Positions 9,640-17,964 of a stretch of DNA of 64,000 nucleotides are shown one piece after another. The DNA comes from Rhodospirillaceae bacterium. Lineage in GTDB: Bacteria > Pseudomonadota > Alphaproteobacteria > SP197. The notes beneath the pieces were generated by a model that was not told the DNA's origin, did not search any database, and saw only the letters and a program-made list of their open reading frames with translations. The DNA is taken from positions 258,278-322,277 of the forward strand of contig PBNE01000002.1 in assembly GCA_002722885.1 (NCBI GenBank). Reading direction: 5' to 3'. The position numbers and the translations under genes are program-made. How positions within the stretch are numbered: position 1 is the first letter of the stretch; each line of letters begins with the position of its first letter.

Positions 9640-9680
9640 ATGGCTTCATCATCCTTCGCAACAAAGGAGGCAATCTCAGG

Positions 9681-10679
9681 ATGGGCACGTCAGCCGAAAA
9701 CGTGGTGAGAGAGGCGGGAGCACCGGGCAATGCGCCGCTTGCCGGCCGTACCTTTGTGGTCACCGGCGCGGGCCGCGGCCTGTGTGTGGCCTTTGCGATG
9801 GTGTTTGCCGATGCCGGCGCCGACCTGTTGTTGACCGGCCGCGACCTCGGTCATCTGGAAGCGGTGCGCGTTACCGTGGGCCGGCGGAGCGGAAGAACCG
9901 CCACGATCACAGCCCTCGATCTGGCCGATCCGTTGAATGCAGCAAAGAAGATGCGCAGCCTCGCCCATACCTCTCCGGGGATTGACGGTCTGATCAACAG
10001 CGGAGCGGCATGGCAATCAGGAGCCTTGCTGGACCACGAAAACGCTGAAATTGCCGGCGTGATCGCCTCTCACATTGCCGGCACACTCCTGGTGACCCGC
10101 TCACTCGCGCCGGCACTTCTCACCGCTCCCCGCGGGGATGTGGTTAACATCGTCTCGATCTCGGGATTACCCAACACCCCGCTCTCGGGCGCCTCACCGG
10201 CCTTCCATGCCGGCAAGCACGGACAGGCCGAGCTGAGTGATGCACTGCGTCAGAGCTTTGCCCGCAGCAGCTTCCGCGTCACGGCTCTCTATCCACCTGA
10301 CCTCGACACCATGACTCCTGAGGACGACGCTTGGCACTTGACGCCGACACAGGCGGTCTCATCCCTGACAACAACAGCACAACCGCCTAACCGTCCCGTC
10401 AAACTGTCCTACATGTTCCACTCGCGCGGCACGAAGAGGCCATCGGCGGCGAACCGTGTCTTGGCATCGGGATCGTCGTGCAACACCTCGCCGAGGCGAC
10501 GCATCACCAGGCCAAACGAGCTCTGGGTCCAGTACCAGCGCCGAATCGCAAAGGGTGCATCGCCGCTCCGATGGGCCGCGGTCTGTGAGAAGGCGTCGGT
10601 CAGATCCTGCGAACCATGCTTGATTACAAAGGCCCGCTCGCGCTTGGGAATGTTGTCGGTGGGGCCTTCCAGCAGATAA
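9681..10679 (+). pseudogene. SDR family oxidoreductase, probably degenerate with lost 3' end
   Basis: VVTGAGRGL and AFHAGKH motifs; SDR similarity fades near 10340 and the frame runs about 270 nt into the convergent gene ending at 10409. Confidence 0.55.
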
Positions 10680-11602
10680 GATACAAATATCTCACCCAGC
10701 TCTTCGAGCGACCGGCCCACCAGACCGAAGGTCGACCAGCCGTGCGCACGGGTCGCTTCGGCATGGAGCGGCGCCAGGGCGGCGAGGTCATACCGGAACC
10801 GGTTGACAAGCTCAGCATCGGAAACGGTGTCCTCGACCGGCTCGATATACCAGGACGGCGACCATGTCTCAGGATCGGCCGTCGGCGGCGGCTCCTCTTC
10901 ATAAGTCTCCAGGACGAGTCCGGTCGGGCGGCCCAGAAGATCGAGAGCCGCGCGCAGCACACGCGTCTGCAGCGCCGGATTGTTCGGCGCACCGAAAGTG
11001 CGGCCATACCAGTAGGGCACCCAGATCGCGCGCGGCGGCTTCTGGCCTTCGGCATGGCGATACACCAGCGCGACCAGCGTGGTCGCAAGGCCTGCCCGTT
11101 CGAACACATGTGCCAACACGCTCACGGCGCGCGTACACGCGGGTCAGACCGGGGCCAGAACCACCGTGTTGACGCCCTCGGCCTTCATGGCCGCTATCGC
11201 CGATTCGGCATGGGGCAGAAACTTCTCTGGGGCGCTGGAGCCCCCCATAAACGAATAGTGTGTCGGCGCCAGGGACCCCAGAACACCCTCATCAACCAGC
11301 TCGTTGAGACGGTCGAAGGGCAGGTAGAGATTGCGGTCCTGCATGAAGCCGCTCCGATCGAAGTTGGTCGAAGCATGGCTGACGCGAAAGCTCTGCTGGT
11401 CACTGGAAAAGCTGCGCCAGTCGTGATCGTTCCAGGCGAAGGGTTTGTCGTCAGGCTTGTGGACGCCCGCCGACGACACCAGAGCCACGCGCCGTTCCTT
11501 CGGCGGCGGGGGTGTCACCCAGGGCTGGTCGTCGAACGCGACGAACCCGTAGTTGGCGAATGAGGTTCGGGACACCTCACTCAAATCACTCCATCTGACC
11601 AC
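10409..11602 (-). CDS. Predicted selenoprotein, glycine/sarcosine/betaine/D-proline reductase selenoprotein B (PrdB/GrdB-like) family, Sec at TGA 11146-11144, 397 aa
   Basis: GAGGAG RBS then GTG 11602. RVALVSSAG, DRNLYLPFDRLNELVDEG, HYSFMG, then VVLAPV-TGA-PACTRAVSVLAHVFERAGLAT...KPPRAIWVP in one frame. UxxC motif and downstream hairpin. Confidence 0.85.
11096..11127 (-). promoter_or_regulatory. Candidate bacterial SECIS element
   Basis: mRNA CCGU-GAGC-GUGU-[UGGC]-ACAU-(GU)-GUUC-(GA)-ACGG, folded by eye; apical loop starts 29 nt after UGA with G at loop position 2. Confidence 0.55.
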
Positions 11603-11656
11603 GGTCTCACTCCTCTCAATCGCGACAACTCTAGAGGTGCCTGAGGCTGTGGCAAC

Positions 11657-12595
11657 TCACGTTCGCGAGGACCGTCTCCAGCGTGGCAGCTTGCCCTCGA
11701 GCGCGAGGATGCTGACGATCACAAGGCCCGCACCGGCAAGCTGTTCGAGGCTCATGCGTTCACCGAGCAGGAGGGCGGCAAGACCGAGAGTCGCCACGGG
11801 ACCGACGGTGGATATGAGCGCCGAGCGGGATGCCCCGACACGCCGGATGCCTTCGGTCACCAGCAGGAACGGCACGACCGAACAGAAGACCGCCATCGCC
11901 AGGATCATGGCAAAGGCCGGCCAGCCGGTCGCCAGGGAATCCAGCGGCGTGGTCACCAGAAAATGCCCGTCGATGCCCAGGGTGGCGCCGGCAACCGCTG
12001 CGAGCGCCATCCGCGCACTGCCCAGCCTGGGACCCAACGCCTGGTTCACCATGAAGTAGAGCGAAAACGCAAAGGCCGAGGCAATGGCGTAGAGCCCGCC
12101 TTCGAGGTTGACAAAGAACACACGTGCGTCGGTGATGCCCATAACCATGAGGATCCCGGCCTCGGCAAGCAGCAGCGCGATGGTCTGACGTCGCGGCGGC
12201 AAACGTCTGCGGCGCAGGCTGTCGAGCAGCAGCACGAACACCGGGAAGCTGAACAGAAGCACGCGCTCGACCGAGACATCGATCAGTTCGAGTGCGGTGA
12301 AGTCGAGAAGGCCTGCGATGTAGTAACCCATCAGCCCGCCAGCCATCCCGATGGCGAAATCACGCCATGGCATCCTCAGGGCAGAGAAGCTTCCTTTCAG
12401 AATCAGGGCGATGCCCACAAGCATGGGCAGGGTGAGGCTGTAGCGAATTGCCAGCAGAGTCGCGACATCAACGCCTTCGGCGAAGATGTACTTGGCGAGA
12501 ATGCCTTTGAGCGATAGCGCCAGGGCCGAGGTGATGACACAGGCGATCCCGATCAGCTCGCGCCGCCGGTCCTCCGGTTCTGCAACCGAGACCAC
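11657..12595 (-). CDS. DMT/EamA family transporter
   Basis: About 10 hydrophobic helices, two EamA halves, GIRRVGASRSAL and LLLGERMS motifs. Confidence 0.88.
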   Translation of the reverse strand: MVSVAEPEDRRRELIGIACVITSALALSLKGILAKYIFAEGVDVATLLAIRYSLTLPMLVGIALILKGSFSALRMPWRDFAIGMAGGLMGYYIAGLLDFTALELIDVSVERVLLFSFPVFVLLLDSLRRRRLPPRRQTIALLLAEAGILMVMGITDARVFFVNLEGGLYAIASAFAFSLYFMVNQALGPRLGSARMALAAVAGATLGIDGHFLVTTPLDSLATGWPAFAMILAMAVFCSVVPFLLVTEGIRRVGASRSALISTVGPVATLGLAALLLGERMSLEQLAGAGLVIVSILALEGKLPRWRRSSRT

Positions 12596-12596
12596 G

Positions 12597-12971
12597 CTAA
12601 GTGGCGATCAGCGGCCCGAGATTCTTGCCCGCCAGAATATGAACGTGAAAGTGCGGGACCAGCTGTCCACTCGCGGTACCCTGATTGGCGATCAGGCGGT
12701 GGCCCTCGGCAGCTACACCGAGGTCGCTGCAAATGGCCGTGACCGCGCGCCAGAACGCGACAATCTCCTCGTCGCTGGCATCGCGATGGAAATCGTCATG
12801 GGCGATGTAGCGACCCTTGGGGATGACCAGGACATGAACCGGCGCCTGCGGCGCAATATCGTTGAAGGCCAGAACATGCTCGTCCTCGTAGACGGTGGTG
12901 TTCGGCAGCTCCCCGAGAAGGATCTTTGCGAAGATGTTGTCGTCGTCATAGGTCTCGAAATCCATGGTCAT
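12597..12971 (-). CDS. hinT: HIT family nucleotide-binding protein (HinT-like)
   Basis: NIFAKIL, AFNDIAPQAPVHVLVIPK, HFHVH histidine triad. Confidence 0.9.
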   Translation of the reverse strand: MTMDFETYDDDNIFAKILLGELPNTTVYEDEHVLAFNDIAPQAPVHVLVIPKGRYIAHDDFHRDASDEEIVAFWRAVTAICSDLGVAAEGHRLIANQGTASGQLVPHFHVHILAGKNLGPLIAT

Positions 12972-13039
12972 GGCCCAGTCCTCAGCTCACGCCCTGTCCA
13001 TACCCCGGAACGTCGCGGGGAGTCACGGGCATGTCGACG

Positions 13040-13873
13040 TCACAGAATTCCGAGAGGCTGCTTCGACGACGGTGGCGGAAAGGCACGGTCGAGGGCGGCA
13101 AGGTCGTCTTCATCAAGTTCGAGGCGGGCCGCGTCATGGTTCGCGGTGATGTGTTCAGGATGGGACGCTTTGGGGATTGCAATGAGATCATCACGGCGCA
13201 GGACCCAGGCTAGCATGATCTGTGCGGCTGTTACGCCGTGACGCTGCGCTACAGGGTCGAGTTCCAGATGACCGACACGACGCCCCTGTTCCAGCGGCGA
13301 ATAGGCCATCGCCGGCAGGCTTCGGCCCTTCATCCATGGCAGGAGATCATACTCGGGCCCGCGCCGGGTGATGTTGTAAAGAATTTGGTTGGTGGCGCAG
13401 GCACTGCCGCCCGGCGCCTGCCACATCTCCTTCATGTCGGCCGTGTCGAAGTTCGACACGCCCCAGCGCAGAATCATGCCGTCGGCCACCAGTTGCTGAA
13501 ACCCGGAAATGGTCTCGGCGATGGGTGTGCTGCCCGGCCAATGAAGAAGATAAAGGTCGATCCGATCGGTCCCCAGCCGCCACAGGCTGCGCTCACAGGC
13601 GTCGATGACGCCCTGGCGCGTGGCGTTGTGCGGATAGACCTTGGAGACGATGAACGCCTCGTCACGCCGCCCTGCCAGAGCCTTGCCGACAATCTCCTCG
13701 GCACCACCCTCGCCATACATCTCCGCGGTGTCGATCAGTGTCATGCCGAGATCGAGCGCCCGGCCGACCGCTGCGATCTCGCGCGAAGCCTCGGACGCAA
13801 CCTCTCCCATACGCCAGGTCCCGAATCCCAACTGCGGAACCGCGGTGCCGTCGGGGAGTGAAACAGTTTTCAT
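13040..13873 (-). CDS. Aldo/keto reductase
   Basis: LGFGTWRMG, IDTAEMYG, IDLYLLHWP, WGVSNF, AYSPL, AIPKAS; start set at ATG 13873. Confidence 0.92.
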   Translation of the reverse strand: MKTVSLPDGTAVPQLGFGTWRMGEVASEASREIAAVGRALDLGMTLIDTAEMYGEGGAEEIVGKALAGRRDEAFIVSKVYPHNATRQGVIDACERSLWRLGTDRIDLYLLHWPGSTPIAETISGFQQLVADGMILRWGVSNFDTADMKEMWQAPGGSACATNQILYNITRRGPEYDLLPWMKGRSLPAMAYSPLEQGRRVGHLELDPVAQRHGVTAAQIMLAWVLRRDDLIAIPKASHPEHITANHDAARLELDEDDLAALDRAFPPPSSKQPLGIL

Positions 13874-14074
13874 GAAAGGTTCCGCTGCTGACCGTCCCAA
13901 GGATGACTGCAGTGGCTTGACGTGTCACGCAGCGTCGAGCGTATAGCCGGCCGAGCGAACCGGTCAGAATCAGAACCGCAAAACCCAGGGCTTCGGCCCC
14001 GAACAAGGGAGCAAGCAGCCGCAGCCCCACCCGTTTCAGGGCGCGGCGTGCATCAAGGCCGCCGACCGGCACGG

Positions 14075-16327
14075 TCAGATGTCGACCGCGGCGAGCGCCG
14101 CCATGTTCATGAGGTCGTTCACTGTGGCGCCCAGCCGGACAATCTGCACAGGCTTCTCGAGCCCCATCAAAATCGGACCGATGACATGCGCCCCGCCCAT
14201 CGCCTCAACCAGCTTGTAGGAGATGTTGGCCGTGTGGAGATTGGGCATCACCAGCACGTTGGCGGTGCCGCTGATCCCGGCGAAGGGATAGTAGGCGAGC
14301 GCTTCGGGCTCCAGCGCCGTGTCGGGGCCCATCTCGCCATCGAACTCGAAGTTCACGCCGCGCTCGGTGAGGATTTCGATGGCTCCGCACAGGTTCTTCG
14401 TTTGTGACGCGCCCCGGCTGCCGAAGTTCGAGAACGACATCAGAGCCACCCGGGGCTCGACACCGAAGCGCCGCACCTTCTCAGCGGCCTGCACCGTGAT
14501 GTCGGCCAGCTGTTCGGCTGTGGGGTCCTCGTTGATCGTGGTGTCGGCAACAAAGATGGTGTGGTGGTCGGACACCAGGATCGACATGCCGCAGATGATT
14601 TCGCCCGGCTTGGCGTCGAGCACGCGGCGCACATTGTTCACCGCGCCCGCATAGCTGCGCGTCAGTCCGGTCACCATGGCATCAGCCTCGCCGCCCGCCA
14701 GAAGGGCCGCTGCAAACACGTTGCGATCAAGGTTGATCCAGCGCTGGCAGTCCCGCAGTAACGCGCCCTTGCGCTGCATGCGTGCATAGACGAGCTCCAC
14801 GAACTGGTCGCGGTTTTCCATCTTGGCGGCGTTGGCAATCTGGATGCCGACCGGGCTGACACCCAGCGATTCCATACGCTCGAAGATGCGCTCCTCGCGG
14901 CCGACCAGAATGGCGGTCCCCATGGACTGATCGCGCCAGAGGGCCGCCGCACGAATGGTCTTTTCCTCTTCACCCTCGGTGAAGACGATGCGGCCCTGTT
15001 TGGCGCGCGCGACTTCGAACACGTCGTACATGTGGCCCGCGACGGGCGAGAGCCGGCCCGTGAGCTGGGCGCGGTAGCCGTCCATATCGATGATAGGGCG
15101 GCGGGCCACGCCGGAATCCATGGCCGCCTTGGCAACGGCCGGCGGCACCTTGCTGAGCAGGCGCGGATCGAAGGGCTTGGGAATGATGTAATCGGGCCCG
15201 AACTGCAGGTGCCCGCCGGTGTAGGCCGAGGCAACCTCGTCGGGCACATCCTCACGCGCCAGCGAGGCGATGGCCTCGGCTGCAGCAATCTTCATGGCAT
15301 CGTTGATCGTCGTCGCACGAACATCGAGCGCGCCACGGAAGATGTAGGGGAAACCCAGCACGTTGTTGACCTGGTTCGGATAGTCCGAACGGCCGGTCGC
15401 AATGATGCCGTCCTCACGCACCTCCAGAACCGCTTCGGGCGTGATCTCTGGATCGGGATTGGCCATTGCGAAGATGATCGGCTTGTCGGCCATCGAGGCG
15501 ACCATCTCGCGGGTTACGGCATCCTTGACCGAAACACCCAGGAAAATGTCGGCGCCTTCCATGGCTTCGGCCAGCGTTCGTGCCTCGGTCGGCACGGCAT
15601 GAGCCGACTTCCACTGGTTCATGCCCTCTTCGCGGCCATGGAACACGACACCCTTGGAATCGCAAAGCAGCGCATTCTCATGCGGCAGACCATGCGCCTT
15701 GATCAGCTCCAGGCAGGCGATGCCGGCAGCGCCGGCGCCGTTCACCACGACCTTGCAGTCCTTGATATCCTTGTTTGCGATCTCGAGCGCATTGATCACA
15801 CCCGCCATGCAGATGATTGCGGTGCCGTGCTGGTCGTCATGGAAGATCGGGATGTCGACCAGCTCGCGCAGGCGCTGCTCGATGATGAAACACTCCGGCG
15901 CCTTGATATCCTCCAGGTTCACGCCCCCGAAGGTGGGGCTGATCAGCCGCACCGTGTTGATGATCTCGTCGACATCCTCGCTGTCGATCTCGATGTCGAT
16001 ACCGTCGACATCAGCAAAACGCTTGAACAGCACCGCCTTGCCTTCCATGACGGGCTTGGCGCCCAGGGCTCCGAGATTGCCGAGGCCAAGCACGGCCGTG
16101 CCGTTTGACACGATCGCAACGACATTGCCCTTCGAGGTGTAGTCGAAGACACAGGCCGGGTTGCGATGAATCTCAAGGCATGGCGCGGCCACACCCGGCG
16201 AATAGGCGAGCGAGAGATCGCGCGCCGTGTCGAGCGGTTTGGTCGGCGCAATCGCCAGCTTGCCGGGCCGCCCCTCGGCGTGAAACTGCAGGGCCTCCAC
16301 ATCGGAGACCTTCACTTGGTCGGACAT
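14075..16327 (-). CDS. maeB: NADP-dependent malic enzyme with phosphotransacetylase-like domain
   Basis: DLSLAYSPGVA, KPVMEGKAVLFK, NLEDIKAPECF, HDDQHGTA, TGRSDYPNQVNN; 750 aa. Confidence 0.95.
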   Translation of the reverse strand: MSDQVKVSDVEALQFHAEGRPGKLAIAPTKPLDTARDLSLAYSPGVAAPCLEIHRNPACVFDYTSKGNVVAIVSNGTAVLGLGNLGALGAKPVMEGKAVLFKRFADVDGIDIEIDSEDVDEIINTVRLISPTFGGVNLEDIKAPECFIIEQRLRELVDIPIFHDDQHGTAIICMAGVINALEIANKDIKDCKVVVNGAGAAGIACLELIKAHGLPHENALLCDSKGVVFHGREEGMNQWKSAHAVPTEARTLAEAMEGADIFLGVSVKDAVTREMVASMADKPIIFAMANPDPEITPEAVLEVREDGIIATGRSDYPNQVNNVLGFPYIFRGALDVRATTINDAMKIAAAEAIASLAREDVPDEVASAYTGGHLQFGPDYIIPKPFDPRLLSKVPPAVAKAAMDSGVARRPIIDMDGYRAQLTGRLSPVAGHMYDVFEVARAKQGRIVFTEGEEEKTIRAAALWRDQSMGTAILVGREERIFERMESLGVSPVGIQIANAAKMENRDQFVELVYARMQRKGALLRDCQRWINLDRNVFAAALLAGGEADAMVTGLTRSYAGAVNNVRRVLDAKPGEIICGMSILVSDHHTIFVADTTINEDPTAEQLADITVQAAEKVRRFGVEPRVALMSFSNFGSRGASQTKNLCGAIEILTERGVNFEFDGEMGPDTALEPEALAYYPFAGISGTANVLVMPNLHTANISYKLVEAMGGAHVIGPILMGLEKPVQIVRLGATVNDLMNMAALAAVDI

Positions 16328-16511
16328 TCTTGTTGTTCCTTGGTGTCGTGAACCAGCGTAGTCGGGCGAGCGCCGGGGTCAAAGCGAAGATGCCATGACA
16401 CGACATGCCTCATCTAATCCACCGTTTCCACTCCTTGCCCATGTGGTCGCGGTTGCAGACCTGATCAATTGCAACCACCGTGCGCTTCGGCTTTCGCTCA
16501 GGAGATGACGC

Positions 16512-16804
16512 ATGGCGCTTGCCCGATCCGTTGATCCCGACGTCGCGCGCATTCGCGACCGCATGGCGTCCTCGCCGGTCACCGACTCCGTGGCCAAGGA
16601 CATCTGCACCTGCAACTCGTGGCGCCGCGATCCCGAACCGCGCCTGCACACCCCGATCATCACCAATCGCTGTTCATCGTGAACCACCATGTCACTCACC
16701 TACCTGCCGACGGCTCCGTCTACTTCACGGACACGCGCGGCTATCACACCGCGCTCAACGGCGGCGATGTACGGGCCCATCTGGTTGCCGCGCTGGTCGA
16801 CTGA
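16512..16804 (+). pseudogene. Relic of an aspartyl/asparaginyl beta-hydroxylase-like (2OG-Fe) gene
   Basis: AGGAG RBS and ATG 16512 give ...CNSWRRDPEPRLHTPIITN; after a frameshift near 16667 it reads SLFIVNHHVTHLPADGSVYFTDTRGYHTALNGG...HLVAAL. Too short for an intact enzyme. Confidence 0.6.
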
Positions 16805-16816
16805 AAGAGAGTTCTT

Positions 16817-17884
16817 ATGTCCCAGGCATCCGCCTATCCCGGATCATCGTCGGGCACTGTCAACCGGCCCGACGCCGTGGACCTCCGGAGCGACACGGTC
16901 ACCCGGCCCGATGCCGACATGCGCCAGGCCATGGCCGAGGCAGAAGTGGGTGATGATGTCTACGGCGACGATCCCAGTGTGAACGCCCTGGAGGCTCATG
17001 TTGCCGGGATGATGGGCAAGGAGGCAGCGGTTTTCTGTACCTCCGGCACCCAAAGCAATCTCTCGGCGATTCTGGCCCATTGCCAGCGCGGCGAGGAGCT
17101 GATCGCCGGAGCAGGTTATCACGTCCTGGTCGCCGAGGCCGGTGGCAGCTCTGCTCTGGGCGGCATTGTGCACTGCGCCCTGCCCGTCGGCGATGACGGC
17201 GGCCTCGATCCCGTCGATGTCGAAGCTGCAATTAAACCCGATGATGTGCACTACCCCGTCAGCCGGCTGCTCTGCCTGGAGAATACGATGGGCGGTCGGG
17301 CTCAGACCGAGGCGCGCCTGAAGGCGGCCTCCACCGTGGCCCGGCGCCACAGGTTGAGCGTGCACCTCGACGGCGCGCGCCTGATGAACGCGGTCACGGC
17401 CCTGGGCACGTCGCCGGCCGACTTCGCGCGCCATGCCGACACGGTGTCGCTCTGTCTCTCGAAGGGCTTGGGCGCACCCTGCGGCACGGTTCTGTCCGGT
17501 CCGGTCGATATCATCACGAACGCACGCCGCCAGCGTAAACTGCTGGGTGGATCCATGCGTCAGGCCGGGATTCTGGCCGCCGCCGCGCTACATGCGCTCA
17601 ACCACAATGTTGAGCGCATGACCGAGGATCACGCCAACGCGCGCCGCCTTGCCGAGGCGCTCTCCAACCTACCCGGGGTGACGGTCGATCTCGACGCCTG
17701 CCAGACGAACATGGTGTTTGCCACCCTTCCCGAAGACGGCTGGCAGGCTGCGCTAGCCCGCGTGGGGGATGCAGGAATCATCACCGCGCAGCATTCCCGC
17801 CACCTGCGTCTGGTCTGCCACAAGGACGTCAGCAGCGACGGCGTCGAGCGTACCATCAAGGCTTTTCAACAGGCCTTCACCTGA
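16817..17884 (+). CDS. ltaE: Low-specificity L-threonine aldolase
   Basis: DLRSDTVTRP, VGDDVYGDDP, SGTQSN, HLDGARL, CLSKGLGAP. Confidence 0.93.
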   Translation: MSQASAYPGSSSGTVNRPDAVDLRSDTVTRPDADMRQAMAEAEVGDDVYGDDPSVNALEAHVAGMMGKEAAVFCTSGTQSNLSAILAHCQRGEELIAGAGYHVLVAEAGGSSALGGIVHCALPVGDDGGLDPVDVEAAIKPDDVHYPVSRLLCLENTMGGRAQTEARLKAASTVARRHRLSVHLDGARLMNAVTALGTSPADFARHADTVSLCLSKGLGAPCGTVLSGPVDIITNARRQRKLLGGSMRQAGILAAAALHALNHNVERMTEDHANARRLAEALSNLPGVTVDLDACQTNMVFATLPEDGWQAALARVGDAGIITAQHSRHLRLVCHKDVSSDGVERTIKAFQQAFT

Positions 17885-17964
17885 ACCGGCGTGAAGCTGC
17901 CGCAGCGGGCGCCATCCTGTGATAGCGTTGGCCCCGAATCAGACCCATCACGGATGACCATCCC

